DNA of 64,000 nucleotides from Orbicella franksi (Eukaryota): positions 16,492,001-16,556,000 of the forward strand of contig OZ116712.1 in the NCBI GenBank assembly GCA_964199315.1, given 5' to 3'. A program made the position numbers and the translations under genes. Under the pieces are notes generated by a model, which did no database searches, was not told the origin of the DNA, and worked only from the letters and a program-made list of their open reading frames with translations. Positions 48,824 through 60,500 of the stretch are shown one piece after another. Position 1 is the stretch's first letter. Each line of letters starts with the position of its first letter.

Positions 48824-49354
48824 ATGGGAGTAATTTGAAAATTGGACAAGCATGAAGCATGAGGCTGATTTGAAATTACAAGCATGATTACTCCCTGAAT
48901 TGTACAACACGAGGTCCAAGTACTGATTAATTGTATCTATAACAAATTTCGGAATTCAAAATGTCTTTTGAGAACTTCTTTTGAGCAAAAACCTTTTGAA
49001 AACTGTAAGAAACAGGGTGAAGGAAGCCATTGTTTAAGAGCGAGCATAATTGATGTGCAACTCATGTGGGTATCCAATTACAGGTATCCAATTACAGGTA
49101 TCCAGTAATGAAAAGTTCAAATTGGATACCTGTAATTGGATACTCACATAATTACACTCGGATTGCATGACAAATTGGCATGTGGAGAACCAATCACGAT
49201 CAAGAATTTTGTTATAAATACTATTGTTTGTGAAATTGTTTCCCATCAGACACCTGTTCAGCAACTTGGAGTCTTTACTGCTATATTCTGTGGAGTTCTG
49301 GGGCCTGGGATCCTTCTGATGCTGACCCGTGAAAAACCACTCAGTGAACACTGA
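47925..49354 (+). CDS. COX8: Small mitochondrial single-TM protein, cytochrome c oxidase subunit 8-like, 65 aa
   Basis: Exons 47925-48017 and 49250-49354 give MLLQRAFRLGLVRRSMATGHGHSTESTGIKL|TPVQQLGVFTAIFCGVLGPGILLMLTREKPLSEH*. Arg-rich, acid-free presequence, one TM helix, and a KL...Q..G.T..F...L.P pattern like COX8. The gene itself is well supported; the COX8 identity is an inference. Confidence 0.7.
48539..48680. repeat. 72-bp tandem duplication
   Basis: CATGGTCCATAGTTGATAAACT...GATTTTGATT occurs at 48541 and 48613. Confidence 0.85.
48780..49225. repeat. Hairpin-containing interspersed repeat in the COX8-like intron
   Basis: GTACAATTCAGGGAGTAATCATG / CATGATTACTCCCTGAATTGTAC and ATCCAATTACAGGTATCC / GGATACCTGTAATTGGAT palindromes. 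Confidence 0.7.
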
Positions 49355-49775
49355 TGCTGGATTGTTGCTGTGATGTCATTAATGCTGAAAGACAAACTGA
49401 CACATTTTGTCTATATTAACTGTTGACGTGTGGTTGTGTGACTAAATTTGAATGAAATATAAAGAACTTATGATGTATTTTGTGGCTGATGCCATTGTTA
49501 TTTGCCTTGTATAATGTATAATTGCTGATGGTTTAAACTGTTTTTGAATGTAATGTTACAGTGCTGATATTTTTTCTGTCACAGTCTGAGAAAGATATGT
49601 TTCCTGGTTTGTGAATTTTCTTCAAAATTGTAATGAAGTGCATTAAAATTACTATGGAAGCTTGTTTTTATGGCTGAACAATGTGCTATCACTTGACGTG
49701 AGAATGAGTCAGACTGAGTAATGCTGACTGTGAGGGGTGAGTGATAAAATTGTTAACATCAAGAAGTATATTCTT

Positions 49776-50022
49776 GGTGGTGGTTAGTGCAGTTAGGTTC
49801 GAGCCCTGGCCGGTGTTCTTTGGCGAGACACTTTACTGTTGCAGTGCCTCTCTCCGCCCAGGTGTGTAAAAGGGTACCAGCAAATTTAATGCTGGTGGCA
49901 ACCCTGCGATGGACTAGCATTCCATCCAAGGGGGGATTAGAAATACCTACTCCTAGTTGCTTCAGTCTACAGAAACCGGAGATGAGCGTCAGCCTGATGG
50001 GCCACTTGGCTTGTATATAGCC
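49776..50022 (+). mobile_element. tRNA-derived SINE with CORE-like domain
   Basis: Partial A box (TGGTTAG), B box GGTTCGAGCCC, CORE-like TTTGGCGAGACACTTTAC...GTGCCTCTCTCC...GTAAAAGGG. Confidence 0.85.
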
Positions 50023-50995
50023 TGTGTTGCAGCCGGATGTGTCATAAAATCCCTGATATAGTCCGTCAAAGAAGATTTGACGTTTAATAATGTACAAATG
50101 TACAAATATACTTGGGAAACCTGCACAAAATTATTTTTAGCATTATGTGATAGTTGCATGATCACTTTTGTGAGAATTATCCAATCGGAAACAGTGTAAG
50201 AAACTAGCCAATCAAAAATGGATACACAAACTGCGGGATATCAGAACAAGCTTTTGGGAGCTGTTGCGCAGACAGACTGTACCGGCGGTTTAGACTGTCT
50301 GCGACACAGGTTACTTGTATACAGTCTTAACCTTGCTATTGAACCCTTGGTAACATCTTGCCACTTGTTGCCAGTGAATTGCTCCATTTTCATGTTCCCT
50401 CTACGTGGCTCACAGGGTATATGCTTGAGGGCTGAGTTTAACAGCAAAACCTAATCACACATGCAACACCTCTATGATATCAATATTTTGTTTTGTGTAA
50501 AGCAAACCTACAACTTTGCTTGCGATTGTTGTGTTAGACATCAAAAAGTAAGAGTCTGAAATGTTTGAAATACATACCCCTCCCACAGTATTTTGGCAAT
50601 CATGATAATTTGTTGAATGATGAAAGTTACATGTGATTTTTACATGATGCAAGCAGTGAATGCTACAAAAGTTGCCTACAGCAAAGTTACTCAGGATAAA
50701 TTGGCCCTTATAAAACTAAGAATAAGATGTTAGAATGGTAGCCTTCAAATGGTTAACTTGTTTGACACCAAATTGAGCAGTCTTGGCTCTGGCTTAGACC
50801 AAGGCCATCTTTACATTTAATTTGTACCTCTTTCCATCCAGAAGTGTGATTAATTAAAGATGAACTGAAAGATGACTTGGCAAAAAGCTCAGAAGTAAGA
50901 AAAATTTTGGGTCCCCTCCTTTTTAACAAGATCTTTTCTACCACTGTGTTCTAGCACAACAGTGTCATTTGACAACAACTACCAGAATTTATATG

Positions 50996-50997
<2 letters not shown>

Positions 50998-51052
<55 letters not shown>
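50998..51052. repeat. (ATT)n microsatellite
   Basis: About 18 units. Confidence 0.98.
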
Positions 51053-51503
51053 TTATTTTATTTTATTTTTTTTTTTTTGTTTAAATTTTGAAAACCCAAA
51101 TTATGGGGTTTAAATAACAATTGCCCTAATCAGCATGAGAAACAGGAAAAATGAAGGATTCTGGTAGTTGTAGTCAAATGATGTCATGATGTAAATCCTA
51201 TTCATAGCTCACAAGATCTCACAAGACTTACGTTAGTAGTTTTGGGCAATTTTGTGAATTCAAGTCAGTGATGTAAAAAGAAATTTCTTTTCAAGAGCTA
51301 TTGAATCTTTTGAAATATAAGTTACTTTTTTCTTGGTAATCCACAACTTTTTTAAAGGAAAAGCCCAATGTTTTTTACATGTATGTCTCCAGTACTTACT
51401 CTACCCCACCCGGCTTAGGAAAATTGTAAAGTCCCTTCGTTGTATCCCGTAAGCCCTTGCGGTCAAATATTTCCCGCTAAATGAATCCAAAATACGAACA
51501 AAC

Positions 51504-54500
51504 ATGGCGGCTAGTTTTCTGAATGGAGAGAAAATTTGTGAGGTTGCTGGCGACGTCAGATGGTCGAGTGTGGAAAATGTCAATTTGGCTTATAATTCTG
51601 GATCATTAGTTCTTTACAAGCTTAGTAGCAGTTATTACCTTCATGCTATAACAGTGTTTAAACGAATCAAGGTGAAGTGATCAAAACCTTTACTGCTTAA
51701 CCTTATGTAGGAGTGCACTCTGTCAAGCTTATTACGTTTGTGCACGTAAGCTTATGGTACAGGATGTTTTTGTATTTAAGATTTAATATGTCTCGTTTTC
51801 ATATTGAGAAGTATGTGGCATACTCGGCCATTGTCTTTTCAAAGACAATTTATCGGTTCTTCGAATATGGAAGATTTGAATGGAAAATATCAGCTTCAGC
51901 TCGATATGAGAGCGAACTTTTAATAATTTTGGATAGAGGAAACGTCGCATAGACCTTGGGTAAGAATTATAGTTTGCATTATTCACCAGCCATCTTGACT
52001 TGGCAGGTTAACGTTGCAAGATAGTTTGACGAGTTTTATTTACAAGCTGAATTTCCTAGGAATCGAATGTCTGAGTCGTGATAATTAAACAGTTGCTGCT
52101 GTCATTGTCCACACTTCTGATAATTGGCATATTTGCAGTTTCATTGCATTCTGACACAGCGTTATACAGTACGACAAACATGATTATATGTGTATGTTGT
52201 AATGTGTAGTTCCGGAAAATATCTATGCGTCCCTGAAGAAGAGATTATTTTTCAAAGACTCCCCAAAGCCTGTGGAGATTTCATTCAAAGATGATTTCCA
52301 GAGTAAGTAGTTGCAAAATGTTCACGTTTTGTGATGTCTTACAATTAAACAAAACAAAAAAAGCAAACAAACTCTCAAGAGTGTGCAGTACAGACTGGAA
52401 ATCATACACTTCTCTATTTTTTTTGGTTGGTCTTACAGAACCCCCTTCCTCCAACCCCAGGAATTTCTAATTCCCTCTGAGAAGGGCATAGGGACATTTT
52501 CTGGAAAGTACATGTATACAATGTGGAGTCTAATAAATAAAAGTGGGTTTTCCGTAATGCATGAGCATTGCCCTAAGCTGACAGACACAGTAAGAAGTTG
52601 ACAGTAAGCGCCTTTTGTTAGAACAATTTTGCCAACCAATTGTAGTACTTAACAGCACAACCCTGCATCTGCTAGACTTAACACAAGTCCTTTTCTTAAG
52701 TAAGTTGCTAGAGGTCGACTTGTTTCACTTGCACGGATGTGAATAAGAGCGTAAATTTTTGGCGTGAAAAACATGATTGACATTTCTCACTTTTCATGAG
52801 TTCCGTGCGCAATCATCGCAAAAGCGGAAAGTGATTTCCGTTAAAACATTTACAAGTACTGTTCCCTAACACAAATGAATTAATTTGTGTTAAGCACAGT
52901 ATGTGGTCAGCAATACAGACAAACGGCAAAACCTGTTCCATTGAGTAACCCCTCCTGAAAGGACAAAAGCGTGTTTAAACCGATCGATTATTGTTAGTTT
53001 TAGTCTAGATTAACCAGCGATCGACCAGAGAGCTGCCTGACGAATGCCATAAACTTATGTAGATCTAGCTTGTACCGACAAGAATCCGAATTAACTAAAG
53101 AAGACAGAATAAGTCAGGGAGAACTTTAATTCTGTAAAACTCCCTTCATTCCATATTGATGAGAATTGAAGTCGCAACGAACGGCAGAGAATTAAAGCGC
53201 TGTTCCCAAAAGTCCTTCATTGATCGACGACTGCTTTCAACATGGTAAAACAGCTGAGGCAAATTTGCTGCGATGCCCTTCCTTTGTAAAGAAGAAACTT
53301 GGTCATTCATTAAATCAACTAAAAGTGCAAAAATTACACAAACTGCAGGAACGGCTCTGTTCTTCTTCAAAAGGTCGAACAATCCTGTTCTCAGATCGTG
53401 TCCATAAACAAACACGTATTAGTCAGATACATAGCCCTCCACTGCTTTTGCCTGTCCTTCTTTTTGAGACTTGAAATTAAGTTGAATAGACCATATTCAA
53501 TTGCTTCCATAAAATTCATATCCTTAAGTATACCCAAGAACAAAAGCTAAATGAAAAAGATTTTTATAGTACTTGGACTCGGCAAACATTTGCCCTGCAG
53601 TTTGCTTTGCAAGTTGTGTCGTTGATCACATGCGACGTCATGACATATAGTCAGTACTTGTTTGTTCATTGGTTAATGTGCATTTACGTCACCAGTGGAA
53701 AAATCCGCCAGTAAATTTGGCGCGCTACAAGTGGGAGAAGTCCTTTCCAACATCGAAACCAACAGGCCAGGGAAGAATTATTGGAAAGGACTTTTAGAAA
53801 GTCTATGCATCTGCATATGTTGCTTATGCTCATGCTTATGTGTGAGTGATTAAGACTTGTGGGTCACTGTCGCAGATGCTTTGATATCCTAAGTGGAATT
53901 CATGTTCAGAGTCAAGCAAACAGTTGTTTTCTCATTGGTATTAATTAAGTCTCTTAATAACCTCAGTCTATTTTTTCTTTTTTACTTTCAGTTCCCTCTA
54001 AAGCCAGATAAATTTGATTTTGTAAGCCGTGAGTCACAGTTAACGTTATCAATAGCAAGAGAAAACAAAGCTGCAGCATCTGTTCACTTGCAAGAGGCAG
54101 TTCCTCATCAGCTGGCGAGATTTCTAGATTCCTTAAAGGGTGTTCAGGCATACTTTGCTTCCTTTAAAGGTAAGAAATATAGAGAAGTTAAAATATTTTA
54201 TTATTGCCACAAAATTGTGGTACAAGGTGTAAATTTTAACACTTAGTTCTCACGTCTTAGTTGTACTCACAGTGGAACTCCGCCTTACGGTTACCTCATT
54301 AACACAGTCACCTCATTATAATGGCCAGTCTTTTTTGTCCCAGCGAAATGCCCATACATTTTCTTATATGGAAACCCTGTTAATCCAGCCACCCTGTCTG
54401 TCGATATGGCCAACAGCTACATTCTGAAATCCCAACCAGTATAATCCTCTATAATTTTACCCCGTTAATGCTGTCACTCAAACTAGTTATGTTCATCTTT

Positions 54501-57500
54501 CCAGTGTTAATATTGCATGAACTGATTGAAGTTTCAACATTTTAAAATTATACCTGCATTTTAAGAAGAATTGTTTAGAAGTGCAATTGTGAAGACTGTC
54601 AAGATGTCACTTAAAACTCAATAAAATAGACCAGTCATGAAATTTGACCCTGCCCTGTTAATATGGTAACCCTGTTAATACTTTCAAAGTTTCATGTTCA
54701 GTAAGTGACTGTATTAACGTAGGGTTCGTACAGGTCATGGAAAACCTGGAAAGTCATGGAACTTAAATACGGGCCATGGAAAGTCATGGAAAAGCAATAT
54801 GTGATACAAAAAATCGGAAAAAATAACGGATGATTGTGAAACAGGCTTTAATTTCAGTACAAATTGACACAAGCACTCAGTTTATCCATTACAATGCTGG
54901 AAATACGTTAAATAAGTGATTGTTTTGATTCTACTGTGAGAATAGCTACTTAACTTTGGTCACAGAAAACTCAGAAAAGTCATGATAAAGGTCATGGAAA
55001 TTCATGGAATTTTGAAAGATTAAAAGAGTACGAACCCTGTAATGGGGTTCCACTGTATTGTATTGCTAGCTTTCTCCAGTTCCCTTGTGTGATACCTTTC
55101 TAATAGGATGTCCCACTAAATGGTATCACATCAGTATGACATATGATTCTCGTAGTTGTGATTCACAACATTACAATCTCATTGTAAACTGCTCCCAGAT
55201 TCTTTGAACTGCAAATGAACAGAATTGCACTCAATCCACAAGCAAAAATGACATCAATCAGTCTTTCTATATAATTTCTCTGGACAATATAATCCCTAAT
55301 GGGTTATTCCAGAAAAAATACTCTCTCCCCCCCCTCCCCCCGACAGATGGCAAGCATTTTTGATCCATCCTCTGACTGGACTTCCCAGACTGAAATTGGG
55401 AAATTTGGAATTTTGCGAGTTAAATTTCAACATTTTTTAAATCGGATTATTCAAACGATTGTGTTTAACGTTTGAGTGATCTCACACTCTCCTCTAAAAT
55501 GCCATTTGCCTTTTTCTGTACCACAACAAATGTACAAGATAAAAAATTCATAAGTCTTAAAAATTATGTTAATGTAAGAAAAATTACGGTGAAAAAAGTC
55601 CTTAAGGTGATTATAAATAAAAACTATAATTTCAGTTTTTGGTGATAAGACAACCTACATTGGCACGTGTTTACAAGATCAAGTTCCCATTGTTAGGACT
55701 GTTAGTGTGGTATTTACTTAAGGTTATTAAGAAAGCTCTTCAAACTAGACTAATTTTAAGTTTCGTAACCTTTATGGGTGTGTAGGTCAACTAGAACTCT
55801 TGCCTTTCTTTCAAGCATTCAAGTTTTTATGCGTGATGCCCACGTTCTGGCTTCCAAAAACTTGTCTTTTACCATATCGATTGTTATTTCAGTGGTGCTC
55901 AAAAGCATCGAAAAAATAAATCCTTGCCTGTGCTCATGCAAAAATATTGGGGAATATCGCGGCATTTACAATGAGAATAATTTTGGACAACCTGGATTCT
56001 ACAAGAAAAGTAATTGTTTCGGCGGATCAAATTATTTTGCATGGCAGTGTCGTATCCACGATTTTATGGTTACACATTGTAAGAGCAGGGCTTGACACTA
56101 ACACTTCCCCGTTCACCGTTGGAGAGTAAAATAAGTTGAGTGGAAAGTAAAAAAACAAAATCAACCAAAAATACTTGCCTGATAAGGCAAGTGGTTTTGT
56201 ACAGTTTGGAAAGTAGTTTTTGGTGTTAAAACAGCCAAATAAAAAATACATAGCAATAAATAAATAAATAAATAAATATACCAGAATAACTCCATTTTGG
56301 AACGCAAGAATATCCACAAAATCTGCATACGTACTCCTGGCATAGGAAGACTGGGTACAAGATGGATGATGCAATAGCAGGTAGGTCTGGGGATGAGAAA
56401 TGTGATTGGCCATTTTGAGGAGTCTGTCATCAATCAACAATCATGAGCCTTTTTCGTTTTGGTTTTTCACGCACACAAAGTGCTGTTCCTGCAGACAGCC
56501 AAGAAGGAACAGAACAGAAAGAGTCAACGTCATGGGAAAAATATGAACAGAAGAGAAAGATGACTGGACGTGGATTTCGAAAAGAGTGGCTTTCAGAGTT
56601 TATATGGTTGGATTACAATGAAAAGGAGGGACAGATGCATTGCAAAGTGTGCAGAGACTCCTAATATAGCTGACAAGAATAGCTCCTTCTTCAGTGGAAG
56701 TAAAAGCTTTCACGTGAGTAATATTAAAGGGCACGATCAAAGCCGTCGTCATGCCAAGTGTGTGGAAGCTCAGAAAGCTAAAGAAGTTCCGACATCAACT
56801 CCCATACACCTTGGACTAAGAAATCTTAATGGCAGGTTCTGCAACATTCTGATGTTAGTTGAGATTCTCTTGATTTTACCCCTGTCAACATCTTGTTGTG
56901 AACGGGGGTTTTCTCCCATGGGAAAGATCAAATCAGATTGGAGGTCTTGTCTGTCTGTGGATATATCAGACTGCTTGATCTGGGTTACTGCAGAAGGTCC
57001 TCCTGTTTCTGACTTTGACCCACTCCCTGCACTGAAAACTTGGTGGAACAGTGGGCCAAGAACAAGGCGTCCCAATTTTAATGACTAATGAATAATTGAA
57101 TTGCTCAAGACAAAACATTTGATACATTAAACTTTATTACATTCATTGATTATGGCTAGTAAAAAATATGATTCCTTGTCTTCTGGAAAGGAAATTTTTA
57201 CTGTGGAAAGTAAATTTCCAAGTGTACTTTCCATACTGGCAAGTTAAGGGAAAAGTAAGTGTCAAGCCCTGAAGAGGTAAGAAAGAAATTATATGCAAAT
57301 TGTACATATGCATGTTAGCCAGCAAAATGAGTTCTTGGGTTGTCTGAATAAAACAGAAAAGTACAACTGACTCCCAGCCTAATCGTCTTTTCTTCGCATT
57401 TTTGAGGATGTTATAAAGCACAGGCACGGGAGGCCTGGGTACCGTAAAAAGAGTTTCAGGCGTTGCGTGCTCAGTCGACGGTGTTTTATCCGGTTGTTAT

Positions 57501-60500
57501 CCATTTATCGCACTGGTTCTTCATGATTAACATGATCTGTGAGGGTAAACTTAAAGAATATGAGGTAAGAACACTACAAATTGAAAGACTACAAGATTTC
57601 CCATGGCAAAGTTCTTTTTTTAAGTGTTTAAAATATATCAATCGAGGTTGAAGTTAAAAGTGACTCCTGGGGAAGAATTTTTGGGTTCAGATCCCCCTCC
57701 CTTCCAGATTTCCTGAGCCATCAACTCCCCCCCCCCCCCTCCCGCGAGAATTTCCAGTTTGCCATCTGTCGGGGGGGGGGGGGGGTGTATTTTTTCTGGA
57801 ATAACCCAATTTATCAATATTACATTGTCGTGCCATTCCAGCTCTGAAGCGCTGTAACTATGGTGTAATCTTACATTCAGATATAGTTAATCTGAGAATC
57901 GCTTAAAAATTGTTGTATTAGTTTTTAGTGAATGAGTTTGAAATTATTCAGATTGTGTTCAAGATTTTTTCTCACGTTTGCAGGCAGATTATATTCGTCA
58001 TCAAGAACAGACAATAAGCAAAATATAGAGGTGAGATATCAGATGACAGTAAAATTCCTGTGCCATTACCCAAATGTAAGACAGGAAATTTTTAATGAGA
58101 AATGAAGATTTACATGAAGATCAATGTAACTGCAATATTATTACCAATATAATACGTAGATGGAGTTTAGTTGGATCAAGTTTGTACTCTCAACTAGTTG
58201 TCTGGAGTTTGTAACATGATGTCTACCAAATATAAAATCCTACACTGTCAATGCAATTTCATTATTCAACTCCACTCTACAGTAGCTACAGAGTACAAAT
58301 AGTAGGAGGCATTCACTGTGAATTGCCAACCATAATGTTAGCAATACATGTATAACATGTAGCCCATGAGAGGCAGAGCTTGACGTTGCAGCCTCTGGGG
58401 TGGCCAATGCGACCACAGTTTTTTTCACTGGCAACTAACTTTTCACACTTTTCACTGAAATACTTCTGCTGGCGACTAAATCTGAAAACTTATGGGCCAG
58501 CTGGCCCCAAGGTTTTTTCCTGAAAGTCAAGCCCTGAGGGGAAGTCGTTATGGGCCTCTCTTATCGCCCTCTGATGGTGCTGCACCAAGCCAGTTGTTCT
58601 CTTTGAGTCTCACTGAAAGTACTGTTTAGCAGGTGTTGTTTGTGACTGTTGGTCTTGTAAGATGTGCATGTAACTAATCAATTAAAAGATAAGATTAAGG
58701 ATTTCCTTTATTATTTATAAATATCTATTTACAGAACCAACCCTACAATAACAACTACTTCAGTACCTCAACACCAAGAGTCGCCAAATATGAATCACCT
58801 TTAAGAGGCAACTTCACCACCCCATCACCATCAAAGAGCACACAAAAGTAAGTTCTTTGTATTCTTTTTTTGGATACATTTATGTTTGGAAGGTGTGAAT
58901 TGGACGCAAATTGTTTGCTTATAGAATTAAAAGCAGACAAGTCATCAGCATTGTTATTATAAATTACACTGTTATACCTTCCCTAACCTGACACCACCTT
59001 GCTCCTCTCCAAACAGATACAGTTTTTTTTCTTTGTCCGATTATCAGACATTTGTGTAAAGTAAAGCCTGGTTATCGCTGCAACGTAAGCACAAACCCAA
59101 GCATAAGCGTCACAGTAGTGAAGATGCTCAGAACATAAGCATAAGCACATGGTAGTGAGGATATGCACAACACAAGCACAAACACAAGCAGAACAAAATG
59201 TTCAAGTGAGAACCTGCTGCTGTATGCATAAGAGAAAGTCCGCTATCTCAAGAAGGTTTGGAACCCAAATTAAGGCAATTAACCATTCTGCGCATGTTTA
59301 CGTACAACTGCTTGCTCACCAATCTCTCAGCATAATATGTAGATGGCATTAACATGTATAATTCATAACAATAGCACTTTTTGTTTGTTTGTTTGTTTGT
59401 TTTTTCAAGGGCCACACCGAGTCTTCCATCTAATTTCTACGCAAAGCAGATGAATCCACCATCGTCTTACAGCAGCTCACAGAATAAGAAAACACCCCTT
59501 GTAGATCGAACTTTTGCAAGAGGTTGGTAGCTCTGCATCTGAATACTGTTCAAAATGAAAGGATTCGTTCATGTATTCACAACCCTGTCAAAATGTGTTG
59601 TATCAGTATGCTGGATAACAGAAGTACATAGTAGGCCCTGGCAGGGGGGGAGAGGTATGGTACTTCCTTTTATTATATGGCTAGCTCCGTGAGTGAGCAA
59701 GATGAATCAAATCCTGCGCTGGGATCGGCTACCCAAGCGGCCAAGATGGAGCTATCTTGCCCGCTCGGGACTACCCGCCGTGTCCCGCAAGAATAATTTC
59801 CGCGAAAGCCATATAATAAATCCTTTATTGACCAAGCTTGTTCGGTCAAGATGGCTGGATATTAGCCTTGTTCTTTTTTGCGAGTTTATGGACCTTAACT
59901 CCGTCTCACTCCATAAACACGCAAAAGAAGAACTTGGCCAATATCCAGCCATCTTGACCTCACACTTGGTCAATAAGTAGGACTAATGGTTTTAAATATA
60001 GTTTTTTTAACCGTATTGTTAATGAATGGAATAGTTTACCTAATCACATTAGAGAAGCAAATTGTATTGGAACTTTTAAAAGGAATGTTTTAAGTTATCT
60101 TGTGGATAATNNNNNNNNNNNNNNNNNNNNNNNNNNNNNNNNNNNNNNNNNNNNNNNNNNNNNNNNNNNNNNNNNNNNNNNNNNNNNNNNNNNNNNNNNN
60201 NNNNNNNNNNNNNNNNNNNNNNNNNNNNNNNNNNNNNNNNNNNNNNNNNNNNNNNNNNNNNNTTTTAATAAGTGGGGACATCCCTAGTATGGTGCCATTG
60301 CGCTTTTGGTTGTCTCCTTCTCCACTACTTTTTGTTCGTTCGTTCGTTTTTAGTTAGTTATCTTAATTATTTATAATGTATTCGTATTGTATGGAGAAAA
60401 TCATAATAAATAAATAAATAAATAAATAATAAATAAATAACCCATACATATAGTTATGTGGGGCTGCAAAGGGTATGGTTTTTTAGCCTTTTTGATTTTA

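Noticed and set aside
49776-49810. tRNA gene
   Set aside because: A/B boxes belong to a SINE head; no cloverleaf, and it is followed by a CORE-like body found in three copies.
51711-51745. Extra USP37 mini-exon (AG...GTAAG)
   Set aside because: Would need a 39-nt intron and ends in phase 2; exon 1 joins 53992 cleanly in phase 0.
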